Below are positions 1-14,682 of a DNA stretch of 64,000 bases, in pieces. The stretch spans positions 8,432,001-8,496,000 of the forward strand of contig OZ024754.1 in assembly GCA_964016885.1 (NCBI GenBank). The letters run 5' to 3'. Under the pieces are notes generated by a model. The model saw only the letters and a program-made list of their open reading frames with translations, did not search any database and was not told the DNA's origin. Each line of letters opens with the position of its first letter. Positions within the stretch are counted from its first letter, which is position 1. This stretch comes from Eledone cirrhosa. Lineage: Eukaryota. A program made the translations under genes and the position numbers.

Positions 1-448
1 TGTGTGTGTCAGTCAGTGTGTGTGTCAGTGAGTGAGTGAGTGTGTGAGTGTGTGTGAGTGTGTGTGTGTATGTACGTCTGTCAGTGTGTGCATGTGTGTG
101 TCAGTCAGTGTGTGTGTCAGTGAGTGAGTGAATGTGTGTGTGAGTGTGAGTGTGTGTCTGAAAGTAATCAAAAGGGTTTTATCACTAAATGAAGATCTAT
201 AAAATAACTGAGTCTCCCTCCCTCTCTCTCTCTCCCCTCTCTCCATCACTCTCCCTCACTCTCCCCCACCCCTCTCCCTCACTCCCCCCTCTACCTCACT
301 CCCCCCCTCTCCCTCCCTCCTTGCTGTGATTTGTTGGTTTTCCTGTTTAAAAATAGAGAAATATAAAATTAAAATTTCACATTTATGTAATAAGATACAA
401 TCGTTAAATTGAGATTAATTAAAATGGATAAAAATATTCCTCTTATTA

Positions 449-1026
449 ATACTACTAGTAGTCGTGATGGTGGTAGTGGTGGTGGTGGTGGTGGTGCTGG
501 TGGTGGTGGTGGTGGTGGTGGGCGTAGGGGTAGTGGTGGTGGTGGTGGAGTAAATAGTAGTAGTATTAGTGGTGTTGGTGGAGCTAGTAGTAGTAGTGGT
601 GGTGGTGGTGGTAGTCGTAGTGGTGGTGGTAGTCGTAGTGGTGGTGGTAGAGCTAGTAGCTAGTAGCAGCAACAGCACCAGCAGCAGTAGTAGTATTAAC
701 AGCAGCAGTAGTAGTATTAACAACAGCAGTAGCAGCAGTAGTAGTATTAGCAACAGCAGTAGCAGCAGTAGTAGCAGTAGCAGCAGTAGCAGCAGTAGCA
801 GCAGCAGCAGCAGTAGCAGCAGTAGTAGTATTAGCAGCAGCAGCAGCAGCAGTAGTAGTATTAGCAACAGCAATAGCAGCAGTAGTAGTAGCAGCAACAG
901 CAGCAGTAGCAGCAACAGCAGCAGTAACAACAGCAGCAATAGCAATAGTAGCAGCAGCAGTGACAGCAACAGCACTAACAGTAACAGCAGCAGTAGCAAC
1001 AGCAGCAGCAATAGTAGCAGCAGTAA
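449..1026. repeat. Compound trinucleotide microsatellite (GGT/AGT/AGC)n
   Basis: Direct reading; explains the poly-G/S/L/V ORFs. Confidence 0.95.
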
Positions 1027-2033
1027 TCAAGATTGCAATGTCTCTGTCCAAATTCACAAATGTTATTAGATGTTCGTGTGAAGATAAATGACGGATTACG
1101 TGCATATTTATGGAAAAACTATAAGCTAGCTTTAATATCCATCACTTAACTTCCTTGAATATATTTACATTTTATTCGTTCAATTTCTATAATTGACCAG
1201 AATATATTCCAATTTGTTATGCGCAGTTTCAAATAGTTTGAAACAGTTCGTTATTGGAAACTTAATTTCGTTATTAAACAGCCTAAACCACAAAGCATTT
1301 CAACCCAGCTAACTGCCAGCCATTGACAACGTATCATGTATTCTGTTTTGTCTTTATTTTATTGTATATTCGTGTCGTTTTATGGCGCAAAATATGGCCG
1401 ATCTAATATTGGTTTGTTTCGTTTAGCAATAAAAGAAGATAAAGTTAAAATGGTAGGTTGATAAAGAAATATCTGGTAATATCACAGCCATGACAGCAAA
1501 GTTCTAATAATATCTGACATTGTCTCATCTGTTGTCATTAAGTTCAATAAAAAGAACAATTATGGTGGATAATAGAAGCAGTGTTAACGAATTCTTGCTC
1601 TCTCTCACATATATATATATATATACATACACATATATATATATATAAGGTAAATTTCTTTAAGTCGTTTGGAAGCCTCGACAACGCAAAGAGAGAGATG
1701 TAAGTGGGTGTACGTTGAGATGCGTGGTGTGTATAAGACGTGTAGAGGAATGAAGGAAAGAGCATAAAGGATAAAATTAAAATAACAACACGAGAGAGAG
1801 TTACCTTGAGAAAGATTTAATTGTCCCTATATATTTCGGATTCACATCCATCAACTGGGGTTTTTTTCCGGGGTGGGGAAAGGTTGTCTGACGGAAAGGT
1901 GCGAAACGCGTCCTCCGCTGTTCATTGTTTTGAATATCTGAGATACCTAACTGGATTACCTATAACGATAACTTGTTATCCCATATATATATATATATAT
2001 ATATTTGTGGAACACTGTTACAACAGGAATGAT

Positions 2034-2096
<63 letters not shown>

Positions 2097-2385
2097 GAGA
2101 TGAAACGTGGTGACGTGGTGTCACTAAATATCAGTCATTGGTTGAGAATGTATTACTGTCTTTTGTATGAGATGCCTGTATCGGAAGCCAATAGTGTCAC
2201 AGCTCAGTATTGCAATCCTACTAGGTTTCCCAAAGTCCACTCTGTCCATTGTCGCAAACGGATAACATTATAACAAAAGGTTCACGATTTGGTATCGTAT
2301 TGTTCGTTAAATCGTTGGATTAAACAAATTATCTGGAAAACACGTCGTTGGACACCAACACATATAGTTGCAGACCTGCCGTCCT

Positions 2386-2720
2386 CAATCAGAGATCAAA
2401 CAAGCAGAGATCAAACAAGCAGAGATCATACAAGCAGAGATCATACAAGCAGAGATCATACAAGCAGAGATCATACAAGCAGAGATCAAACAAGCAGAGA
2501 TCAAGCAATCAGAGATCAAACAAGCAGAGATCAAATAAGCAGAAATCATACAAGCAGAGATCAAGCAATCAGAGATCAAACAAGCAGAGATCAAACAAAC
2601 AGAGATCATATAATCAGAGATCAAACAAGCAGAGAGCAAACAATCAGAGATCAAACAGTCAAAGATCAAACAAGCAGAGATCAAACAAGCAGAGATCATA
2701 TAATTAGAGATCATACAAGC
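2386..2720 (+). repeat. 15-bp minisatellite (AGAGATCAAACAAGC)n linked to a MITE
   Basis: About 22 units; the same array recurs at 25575-25991. Confidence 0.95.
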
Positions 2721-2747
2721 AGGATTCAGTATTGTACCTGATATTCC

Positions 2748-2945
2748 CAGACCTACCAACCTCTGAAAAAACCCAAACGGGGGAGTAACATGAAAAAAGG
2801 TGCCCCAAACCGGGAAGAAATGACGCAAAATGGGGCGATTGTACATAATGAAAGCTATACCCATTTTCACAAGAGAAGACATCTCTCACCCACCCCAAAG
2901 TGGGTGAGAGATCTCCCCGTCAGACAGGAAGAGTTGACAGGTCTG
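2748..2945. mobile_element. ~197-bp MITE, family M
   Basis: TIR CAGACCT(A/G)CCAAC...GTTGACAGGTCTG; five similar copies in the window. Confidence 0.85.
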
Positions 2946-2974
2946 TATTTGATGCTGCAATGAAATGGACCTCT

Positions 2975-3120
2975 GATGGGCTTCCAAACAGTTCCCGTCT
3001 ACACAATTTCACACACAACTCATTGGTAGACCAATGGTTATAGTAAATGGCACTTGCCCAAGATGCCACGCAGGTGAGTCGAACCCGGGACCTACTAATT
3101 GCTAGGTGAACTCCTTTACC
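2975..3120 (-). mobile_element. tRNA-derived SINE family C (also ~7062-7215, 45604-45765)
   Basis: Reverse-strand B-box-like GGTTCGA/GGTTCAG head; body shared between copies. Confidence 0.6.
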
Positions 3121-3673
3121 ATTTTCTTGTAGTAGAATATTACTCTGATATATTGCATAATTTGAACTAAATTCTAAATGGAAGAAATTTGGGAAAGAGA
3201 GGGGAAGGGAGGAAAGATGGGGAAAAATGGAGAGGGGGAAGAGGCAGAGAGGTAAGAGAGAGAGGGGGAAAGAGGAGGGAGATTCACCAGTACTTGACTG
3301 GTGTTATTTATTGATCATAGGGGCGGTGCGTTGGCAGTATCGGTAGGCGGTCGGATACGTGCAGAGGACCATAAAACATAATCAAACTAAAATATTTGGT
3401 GCTCTAACGGCTCAGCCAATTCCCTGCCTTCAAACTTCATCATGTATTATATACTTGGTATACTTCTAATTAAATTATAACTTTTTTCCGGTTATTTTTT
3501 AACCTTCTTTCAATCTAAGTTGATTAATGTACCAGAAATATTACGTTGAAGAGAGAATTTTTTTTCATGTATAACAAAGTTTCTTAGATGTAATCAGTTC
3601 TTGACGATTAAATTAGCTACATTATTGTATATCTGAAGATAGTAAAAAATATCTACTTTCAAAGATTTCATAT

Positions 3674-3719
<46 letters not shown>

Positions 3720-4364
3720 GAGAGAGGGAGATACTATACACACACACACTTTATATACATACATATATCAGAATATGTATATATAACATTCAAAATATAA
3801 ATTGAATTAACACTCGATATCTACTAGTTAGAATGTAGAAATATATTTTCGACATTCTTGGCCGCTGAAACTAGCAGCCATTTGAAGTGACTACGCTGAA
3901 ACTTCGAAGTCACTGCGACAATTCTACTTAGAAAAAAAAAAGGAAGGACGGACGGACGGACACACACACACGCGCGCGCAGACGTATGAAAAGTTTGGGT
4001 TTTTTTAAGTTCTTTTAGCTCATACACGGAGAGACGTGTGGCCAGCTGGTTAGCGCGTTAGGCTCTCGATCATAATGCTGTGGGTTCGATCCCTAACCAA
4101 ATGCCACTCGAACTTTGATCTAGGCACTTCATTTTACGTTACTCCAGCCCTCTGTGCTTAAAGAAATACGAGTACCTGTAGTAGCTAGCAGTTAAATTTG
4201 TGACAGATCAGATTGCTATCATGTCCAGGAGAGCCGTGGGGGGAGCATTTTTGCGCTATCAGACACTTAACTCCATATTAACCCTGTATATACTCCAACC
4301 TTTGGGGTTGAGGGTGGATCATTCTCGTGTAGGCCATACTAGGATTTGACCTCAGAATACAAAA

Positions 4365-4760
4365 GCCATAACTAATTGTATCTATTTTTTGGCACAAGGC
4401 CAACAATTTGAACGCAATGGGAAAATTGATTAAATCTACCCCAGTGCGTGACTGGTACTTTATTTTATCGACCCTGTAAGGATGAATTGCAAAGCTAACC
4501 TCAGCTGGATTTGAACAAAGAACACAAAAGCCAGAATTAATTGTATCTACTTTCGGCAATGGGCCAACAATTTGAAGGCAATGGAAAAGTTGATTAAATT
4601 GACTCCAGTACAGTACATTACTGGTACTTATTTTATCGACCCTGTAAGGATAAATTTCAAAGCTAACCTCAGCTGGATTAGAACTCATAGCACTAAAGCC
4701 AGAATTAATACTGTATGGCATCTCGTTCGATGCTCTAAGAATTCTATCAATCCACCGCTC
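4365..4760 (-). mobile_element. SINE family A, two degraded copies
   Basis: Reverse complement of the CTTTGCCTTTCATCCTTACGGGGTCGATAAAATAAAGTACCAG core seen more than 15 times in the window. Confidence 0.8.
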
Positions 4761-4823
4761 TGAATGTCAGCATTTACTATTCCGTGGGTAATGGTATTAG
4801 ATGGCCAAATAGTTGCCAGCAGT

Positions 4824-5090
4824 GAAGGCATGTGGCCTAGTGGTAAGGGTGTTGGATTTACGATCATAATGTCGTGGGTTCGATTCCTGGGTTGCGTGTT
4901 GTGTTCTTGAGCAAAACACTTCATTTCATGTTGCTCCAGTATATTCAGCTGAAAACGAGTACCAGCAATTGCTGGGAGTTTAAACGCTGCGATGGGCTGG
5001 CATGCTGTCCAGGGGGGAATTTTGTACTCTCAATCGCTTCGTGCAATGAAACAAGGATAAGCACCAGCCAAATAAGCCTTCTGGCTTAAG
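4824..5090 (+). mobile_element. tRNA-derived SINE family B (also ~4028-4260, 7770-7890, 46050-46160, 48685-48820, 50045-50180)
   Basis: A box TGGCCTAGTGG and B box GGTTCGATTCC, followed by a shared GTTCTTGAGCAAAACACTT...GTTGCTCCAG body. Confidence 0.8.
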
Positions 5091-5396
5091 ACATACTTCA
5101 TACTTTGGATAGTTGCTAGCAAGCACGAATATCTTTGACCCAGAAGTGTATCACATTTTTCACAGTTAACCTTTAAAGAAACATCATCTGATAACTCTAC
5201 ACGTGATGAAGATTACTCTTCATTATGTTGTGAGGAGTAAAATAGAGCAACGTTAGGGTGAACATTCCTTGGTTATATTTGTGAGATGGATTGGAATGAC
5301 TCTCCGTCGGTTTCGACGATGAATGTTCCAGTGTTTTTTTATCAACGGAAAAGTTTGTGTATGTGTTTATGTTCTTTAACATTATATATAAATAAA

Positions 5397-5427
<31 letters not shown>

Positions 5428-5626
5428 GTGTGTGTGTAGATAAATCTACCAAAATATACGGTAGTGTCCAATCCGTATGAAGAACTCAATGTAATCCGAA
5501 TATCATGAAAAGAGAAGATGTATTCAAAAAAATTTTTTCGATGAAAAATACAGGAAAACAGAGTCAAGATAAATTTAAAAAATAATGAATAAAAACAAAG
5601 AAACAGTTCCTTATATTAAAAAATTC

Positions 5627-5760
5627 ATCATTTTACGATCGTTTCTAGGATATATATGTTAGTGTTGGTATGTATATCACATAGATCTTTGTAAAACTTT
5701 TACAAACTATCAGAGGGAATATACATACCTACACATATATATCCTGTCTTCAGAAATAAT
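5627..5760 (-). ncRNA. Type I hammerhead ribozyme with long (~100-nt) stem II
   Basis: Minus strand: ATTATTT-CTGAAGA-CAGGATATATATGT...ACATATATATCCTA-GAA-ACGATCGT-A^AAATGAT; 7-bp stem I, 13-bp stem II base, palindromic stem III. Confidence 0.75.
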
Positions 5761-5811
5761 GATATTTGTTTATTGAAAAAAACCAACAAGGATTTAATAT
5801 AATAGGTCTGT

Positions 5812-5922
<111 letters not shown>

Positions 5923-6221
5923 GAAACAGCGAGCGAGTTTGAAATTAGAAATAGGAACTTTCGCCGTATTTTTGACTAAACAAAGTTTAGCCTGATAGTG
6001 GGGTTTAGAACCCTCAGAGAAATGGAAAGAGATGAGTATTGACGTACATGGGAGTCGAATCCATATCTTTGGTTATCCAGACCACTGGGTTACCATTACA
6101 GCAACACATCACCCTATATATATATTCTTTACTATGGTTGTGATGAGTTATTGTTATTCTAAATTTTCATCTATGTAGTCACACAATATTGAGTTCTCAT
6201 TCTCACGTTCGTCAACATCAC

Positions 6222-6290
<69 letters not shown>

Positions 6291-6296
<6 letters not shown>

Positions 6297-6826
6297 AACT
6301 AGCGCCATCTCTGTCCGGAACCAAACTATTTGGAGTTACTTCCCCGTGGCCAGTATATAAGGGACCGTTCCGACGCCTCTCCCTCTCTCTCTCTTCACCT
6401 TTTGGCCGCCTGCCTAGTAGGCCAGGCACGGCTACGCCAAAGGTACCTCTTAGCATCTTATTTCTCTTTCGGTCGAGCTTTTCCGACCTGCAACACATCT
6501 GCTGAGGACCTATACCATAAGGCTCAGCTCAGATATATTCCAATCCTTCTTACAAGGACTAACAAAGCAAGTCACAGGTATGTCATTAACCATTGTAATA
6601 CACGCACAAATACACGAATAAAGAAAAACTACCTTCACATACTGTTGAGAAGACTTATCGTTGTTATTATCATATATATTATTTCCTGTCTGCATCTCAT
6701 CATCTTGTTTCCTGCTTTCCTTACATATTCTTGTGTTCCTTCACTTATTAAATTATTAACTTAGTGATTGGCATACAGTGTTATCTACTAGAGTAAATAA
6801 CATTATGACCAGTTCATTAAATATAC

Positions 6827-6827
<1 letters not shown>
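6291..6827 (+). mobile_element. Possible solo LTR
   Basis: TGTA...TACA termini, TATATAA near 6354, AGTAAA near the end, flanked by (TA)n. Confidence 0.45.
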
Positions 6828-6915
<88 letters not shown>

Positions 6916-7022
6916 TTTCTTTATTAGCCACAGGGGCACAAAAGAAGGGGACAAATACAAAGGGGGAAGTTTACATACAATAAAAACGTGTAAAATATTA
7001 TCACAAATACAATTTAAAAATC

Positions 7023-7062
<40 letters not shown>

Positions 7063-7278
7063 GATGGGCTTCTGCATCTTCTGTGTGCCATATGCCACGA
7101 GGCATTATTCTACCCGACGCTATAGTAAGAAAAAATATAAGTCACGCACACGTTTCCACGCAGTGGAACGGAATCTGAAATAGGTGGTTGCGAAGCGAAC
7201 TACTTAACCCCTGCCTACCTCACACACACACACACACATACACATCACACATACTCACAGAGTCTTTAAGTAATTAAA

Positions 7279-7330
7279 TACAGGGTGTCCCAAAGAATGT
7301 ATGCACACTTCAACAGCATTCTAATAAATA
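7279..7330. mobile_element. Tc1/mariner-type TIR fragment
   Basis: TA-CAGGGTGTCCCAAA terminal motif. Confidence 0.45.
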
Positions 7331-8024
7331 TATGTATACATTTTTTAGTTGTTAATCATTAAAAAATGTCATCACTTCTCAAATAGGTTTTGATTTCTTT
7401 ATATCTCTAACCAAGTTGCTCGTGTTTCACTGACATGACATATGGGCGTCAGCTATTAGTAAATGTAGATATAGATGCTGACCTACCTTCATCGTAGCAC
7501 GGTGGCCGTTGGACTTGAGACGATAAAATTCTTCCTAAGCAGTTAATTTGCCAAATAACCTGTAATGGAATTTATCAAAATTATTTCTAATGTCAAGTTC
7601 CCATTTGAAAAGAAAAAATATTTAATGTAAAGAGCTAACCACATGGCTTTCTAGGTTAAAATTTAAATATGTCTAGGATCTTTAATGTACTTTTTTAATA
7701 TGTCATCTCTTGAAGTGTGGTGGGTTTGCCGAATTGGTAGAGCGTCGGATAAGATACCATTATGGTAGGGAAGACGCGTGGTTGAGTGGTAAGAGAATTG
7801 AATTCGCAATCGTAAGGTTGTGAGTTCGATTTCTGAACCGGGCAATGCGTTATGTCCTTGAACAAGACACTTTATTTCACGTTGCTCCTTCTACCTGGAG
7901 TTGCGACCGATAGATAGTATTAGCAATTGGAAAGACCTACGGAAACGTTGTTTCCTCGGTTCGATTTGACGAAAGTCGATCGACTGTCGATAGTAAGGAG
8001 GGAGAGATGGCAGCGAGATTTTGC

Positions 8025-8078
<54 letters not shown>

Positions 8079-8442
8079 CGTGTGTGTGTGTGTGTGTGTG
8101 TGCGTAGGATTTTTTTTAGTGAATTCTGTACGCGATAGATCCTTCAATTTTGAAAAACAAGGCACCCAGAGATGTGAAACAAGACCTCAGTGTATGTCTG
8201 TGTGTGTTAGTATTACGTATGTGTGTTTGTGAATGTTTTATTTTAACAGTGTCTGTCCCGTCATTTAGCCGTTTATGAAACAGAGACCAAAGAAATAAGT
8301 AGTATATTAAGATGAAGACTGGAAGATTGGTGTAAGGGATGAAATCTTGGAGGCCGCTGCCACAGAAGGGCCACAGTTCAATGACTGAAACCAGCCAAAG
8401 AAAAAGATTATACATATCTACCATAACTATACGGGTGTACAC

Positions 8443-8493
<51 letters not shown>

Positions 8494-8828
8494 AAATCAA
8501 GTACGAAATTTGTAGAAATTTATAAAACAAAAACAAATTTCTACAAATTTCATACTTGACGACCCATTATATGTGTGTGTATGTGTGTGTGTGTGAGTGT
8601 GAGTGTGTGTGTGTTTAGATAGAGACAGGTGTATTTGTGTATATATATATGGAAGTTCAGCATAATCGAAGCTCTGGCTGCAGCTAAGCTAACGAATGCA
8701 ATCGGAATGTGCAGCTAAGCACTCAATACGGTATTTAACCTTAGAGTAATAACATTACGTTTAGACAGCTTTGCAAATTGAAGATTGCGACCTGTAAGCC
8801 AGCAGCGGGGACCAAAGCAAAGATAATT

Positions 8829-8862
<34 letters not shown>

Positions 8863-8864
<2 letters not shown>

Positions 8865-8995
8865 CGAAGGAAATGTGGTAAGGAACCAGGTGGACCATAA
8901 CGCACCAAAGTACTCAATACTTAGGGTAGTAGAGTGGGTAATAGAACAAGTAAGACCCCGACGGCTGAGCTCAAGCCGTTTCGACTGCTAATTCT
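8863..8995 (-). mobile_element. Family G non-autonomous element carrying the 3' half of a hammerhead
   Basis: Minus strand GAA-ACGGCT-TGAGCTC-AGCCGT-C^GGGGTC plus a conserved tail ending in (TA)n; about 9 loci in the window. Confidence 0.65.
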
Positions 8996-9042
8996 GTATA
9001 TACTTTCAATATATGTGTATATATATAATTAGCTACAACAGT

Positions 9043-9112
<70 letters not shown>

Positions 9113-9277
9113 GTTTTAATATAGATGAGATTCTACAGGACTAGAACTGTTTCATTCTTTAGAAATCATCAGTTCTAGTCCTGTAGAATCTCATCTATAT
9201 TAAAACTTTTATACTCTGCAATGTATTGAGTACCTTACTTACTGTGGTTACCTCCGATTCAACTCGGAATAACGTAT
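9113..9277. mobile_element. Fold-back element with a minus-strand hammerhead core (9130-9172); same family as 16607
   Basis: Inverted repeat 9113-9206; minus strand CTGATGA-TTTCTAAAGAAT-GAAACAG...CTGTA^GAAT; 5' strand of stem I lost in the inversion. Confidence 0.7.
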
Positions 9278-9284
9278 ATGAAAT

Positions 9285-9470
9285 AATTGTTTCTATTTTA
9301 GGCACAAAGCCAGCAAATACCCAGTACATTACTGGTACTTTATTTTATCGACCCCGTAAGGATGAAAGGCAAAGTTAACCTCGGCGGGATTTGAACTCAG
9401 ATCATAAAGGGACGTAACTCTATGCTTCAAAGCATGGTGTCCGACTCTCTACTGGAGTTTCCCAGTCATC
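9285..9470 (-). mobile_element. SINE family A
   Basis: Shared core and tail. Confidence 0.85.
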
Positions 9471-9616
9471 TAGAGGATGGCTTGTCAAAAAATTCATAGC
9501 AGACATAATTTCAGAAATATTTTTTCTTCGATTTCGCTAAAGAAACTAGAATTAAAGACCATTGTGTAAGTGCCTCTGTGTATGTATGAATATATACATG
9601 TGTGTGCGTGTGTGTA

Positions 9617-9656
<40 letters not shown>

Positions 9657-10179
9657 TGTGTGTGTGTCTGTGTGTGTGTGTCTGCGTGTGTGTCTGCGTG
9701 TGTGTCTGCGTGTGTGTCTGTGTGTGCGTGGGTGTGGGTGTGGGTGTGGGGGGGGGGGGCGTGTGTGTGTGTGCGTGTGTGTGTACATGCATATATATTG
9801 AAAAATCCAATACAGATGTGCATATATGTATAAATAGATGACAACGAAAAAAGAGGAAATTATTCATATTGCCAGAAGGATAGTTAGACAAAAGAAGCAA
9901 GATGACCAGGGAGACAGGCAAACAAAGACATAGACAGACAGCCATACAATGACATAGACAGACAGCTTATAATCCCCCTCTGTCTCTCTTTCTCTCTCTC
10001 TATATATATATATATATATCTCAATTATGAAACAAAGTCCCATTTGGACATTTGTCAGAAATAGTCAATGTCAAATATGAGGCTATATTTTCTCCTGTCA
10101 CTTGCAGATCAACTAATCTCAACCATTCATACTCCGTTGAGATATTGTATATTTTATCATACACACAGTATATATATAA

Positions 10180-10211
<32 letters not shown>

Positions 10212-10808
10212 GGTGGCTGCCAATTCGTTTTCGAGTACGGCCACTACTTTATATCCATGTTGGAGAACCCCTACCGATGCGCTGAACGAGTGAGACTTTT
10301 TAGTCCAGCCAGCGACTTGAAAACTCTGGTACAAACACTACACCTGTGACAATTATTGACACATAGTGCTGGGCCCATGGTACCATGTGACGACAAGTGC
10401 AGAGAGATCTTCAGATATAAAGCAATGCCTGTGCTGTGAAGCTTTTATAGTGAGCAAAGGCACTGCACAAAGCCAGTCCCACTCTCTTAATCAAGATGAT
10501 ATTTACCAAAAAGAAGAACATCATTGGATACCATCAGGGTTGCAGGTGTTATATCAGAGTTTTCCTTCTCCTAGAATTCTGCCTTGACAAAGGCTAAGGG
10601 GTCATCTCTCCCGGTGATTTTGGATGGCCATTGACTCTTAAGAGCTCCTTTGCCCTTTGACAGGTTTTGCTTTTAGTCCTGCGGGATGTCCAAAGTCACC
10701 CTCCTCACCAAGAAACCTTGGTGGAGTTGCCAGTTTAGTCGCCAACGACCCGACCATGAGACAGGTTGTACTGGGATACATGTTACCAGTAGCACCAACT
10801 GGTGACCT
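10212..10808 (-). mobile_element. Internally deleted (bipartite) RTE-like retroelement
   Basis: RTE-like 5' UTR motif CTAGGAGAAGGAAAACTCTGA joined to a terminal C2H2-like HRCSVCTRVFKSLAGLKSLTRSAHR*; flanked by (TA)n. Confidence 0.55.
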
Positions 10809-10830
10809 GTATATATATATATATACATAC

Positions 10831-10902
<72 letters not shown>

Positions 10903-11061
10903 ATAATAATAAATTTGAAGACTAAAATCCAAAAAGGGCTCGATAAGGATAAATATATATCAAATATATAAGAACCGTAGAGCAAATATTCATTAAAATA
11001 ACAGATTAAAGTTTAAGCAAAGAATCGCTGCTTTCACCCTTAACGGGATCTTCTGAAACTC

Positions 11062-11108
11062 TTTCAGAAGATCCCGTTAAGGGTGAAAGCAGCGATTCTT
11101 TGCTTAAA
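11062..11108 (+). ncRNA. Hammerhead-like motif with U4A core variant (CAGAAGA), in inverted repeat 10993-11127
   Basis: TTT-CAGAAGA-TCCC GTTAA GGGT-GAA-AGCAG...TTGCT-T^AAA; mirrored on the minus strand and repeated at 16245-16291. Confidence 0.5.
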
Positions 11109-11215
11109 CTTTAATCTGTTATTTTAATAAATATATATATATATATATGTAGTGGTAGAACACTGGAAGGTAATATCCGTAGTGGTAGAGCACTCAGTCC
11201 ATGGGACGAGTTAGG

Positions 11216-11292
11216 TAGAAGTGGTTACACAACAGTTAGTTCACCATACCGAGAACCTCGGTATGGTGAACTAACTGTTGTGTAACCACTTC

Positions 11293-11294
<2 letters not shown>
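11216..11294. repeat. Perfect palindrome (~38-bp arms, 3-nt loop)
   Basis: TAGAAGTGGTTACAC...ACCGAG-AAC-CTCGGT...GTGTAACCACTTCTA. Confidence 0.95.
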
Positions 11295-11361
<67 letters not shown>

Positions 11362-11379
11362 AGAGAGAGAGAGAGGGAT

Positions 11380-11868
11380 ATTCACTTCCGAAGCTCTCGA
11401 CATTCCAGAACCACATCATGAGACTTATGACAGCCAACCCAAGCAGCTCAGCGACTGTATCTGTATCAGTGAGCTGCTCAACATTACCAAACTTAGACCA
11501 ATTACATCAATTGTCAAGTCAAGAGTACTCAAACTATACGGTCATATAAAAAGATCAACTGGTGGTGTGATTAGGTTATGCCTGGAAGGAAGGTTGGCTG
11601 GTAAGAGAAGCAGAGGCCGGCAGCCAAAACGATGGCTTGACAATGTCAACCTATGGACTGCACTTGATCTTTGCTCTTTGAACTCTGCTGTTGGTGATCG
11701 AGTAGTATTATATATTCCTGGAAGGAAGATTGGCTGGTAAGAGAAGCAGAGGCCGGCAGCCAAAACGATGGTTTGACAATGTCAACTTATGGACTGGACT
11801 TGATCTTTGAACTCTGCTGCTGGTGATCGAACTTTGTGGAGAGAGATATCACATGTTAATGCGCAGTC
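11380..11868 (+). mobile_element. RTE-clade LINE 3' fragment with duplicated terminus
   Basis: Translates LKLYGHIKRSTGGVIRLCLEGRLAGKRSRGRQPKRWLDNV; ~120 bp repeated at ~11581 and ~11717. Confidence 0.8.
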
Positions 11869-12199
11869 TGCAACCGTCGAAACGGCTTGAGCTCTGCCGT
11901 CGGGGTTAAACTTTTTCCTATATATATATATGCATAAGGAAAAAGAAATTTAAAATGCAACTGGAGTCTTTTAAGAATATTTATTTACTTTACTATTTTC
12001 ACAGTTCTTAGGATTTTTAAAAGCAAAATTGTACCTGAGCTGACTGGTCATGCGCATCGACGTCGACCAGTCGTTGCGCATGGCCAATCAGTTCAGTTAG
12101 AACCTCGCTCGAATCGAGAATCCGTTGGGTGAAATACGCGTTCTCGAGTATTGCTAACTTGTTGTGGAACTAACTCTCTCTCTCTGTCTGTCTCTCTCA

Positions 12200-13385
<1,186 letters not shown>

Positions 13386-13475
13386 TTTTGTTTTTTTACT
13401 TGGAAACATTTTGTTGTAGATTTTTATTGCTTTTTTTATTTGCGTTTTCATTTGCTTTTATATCGTTTGTTGTTT

Positions 13476-13596
<121 letters not shown>

Positions 13597-13931
13597 CTGT
13601 CTGTCTGTTTAATAAGAGGTTTTTAATATTCTTTCAATAATTCCTATGAGAGAGTCATTTGTCTGCTAGAGTCCATTAAATGCTTCTATCTAGAGAAGAT
13701 AACAAACGCTATGGCATCTACATAGCTACCTTATTTTCTTTATTAATAAGAAAAAAACAAATTGTCCGTCCATGACCGCCATTTTTATAGAAAATAAACG
13801 ATGTTGAAACGATTAACAATCACTTTGATAACTACCACTCCTGTTAATGTTTTCTGGGGGACATCTACATACGGATTACATTGAGTTCATCATACGGTTT
13901 AGACCCCACCATTAATTGGTGGATTTATCTG

Positions 13932-13989
<58 letters not shown>

Positions 13990-14104
13990 TGTATAGTATA
14001 TTTGGCAATATACCGTATGTTTAATGAAAAACATTTAGAAGACCATACGCTATCAGTTTTAAAGAGGTGACTATGTCATTTCTTTTCGGCGAAAGAAGGG
14101 AGAG

Positions 14105-14148
14105 AAGCTGACAGTCTGTTTCACGCTGGTTGGCGTTCATCAGAGCCT
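14105..14148 (-). ncRNA. Type I hammerhead ribozyme (GUC site)
   Basis: Minus strand: AGGCT-CTGATGA-ACGC CAACCA GCGT-GAA-ACAG A CTGT-C^AGCTT. Confidence 0.85.
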
Positions 14149-14361
14149 AAAATCATAGGAGCTGGATTCTTATAGAATTCCAGTAATTTCAGAGTTTCCG
14201 CTATTTCAGAGCACCAATCATTATATATATATATATATATATTTATGGTCTGAGTTCAAATTCCGCCGAGGTTAACTTTGCCTTTCATCCTTACGGGGTG
14301 GATAAAATAAAGTACCAGTAATACACTGGGTATTTGCTGGCCTTGTGCCAAAAGTAGAAAC

Positions 14362-14424
<63 letters not shown>

Positions 14425-14443
14425 AATAAATACACCAGGATTT

Positions 14444-14504
14444 TTTCATTCTGATGATTGAATGGAAATTTTGTTTGCTTTCAAGAAACCACTGGTAAAT
14501 GAAA
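14444..14504 (+). ncRNA. Type I hammerhead ribozyme (GUA site)
   Basis: TTTCATT-CTGATGA-TTGAA...TTCAA-GAA-ACC ACT GGT-A^AATGAAA; perfect 7-bp stem I and 5-bp stem II. Confidence 0.85.
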
Positions 14505-14546
14505 TAATTATCTTATGTTGTTTATTACATAACTATATATATATAT

Positions 14547-14682
<136 letters not shown>

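Noticed and set aside
409-1105. Gly/Ser-rich protein exon
   Set aside because: Pure trinucleotide repeat, open in several frames, with no conserved domain.
3633-3639. CTGAAGA hammerhead core
   Set aside because: No downstream GAAA, stem III or stem I.
4824-4900. tRNA gene
   Set aside because: A and B boxes are present but there is no clean cloverleaf, and it continues into a repeated SINE body.
10690-10808. HDV-like ribozyme on the minus strand
   Set aside because: P2-like and J4/2-like pieces are present, but I could not build convincing P1, P3 and P1.1 helices.
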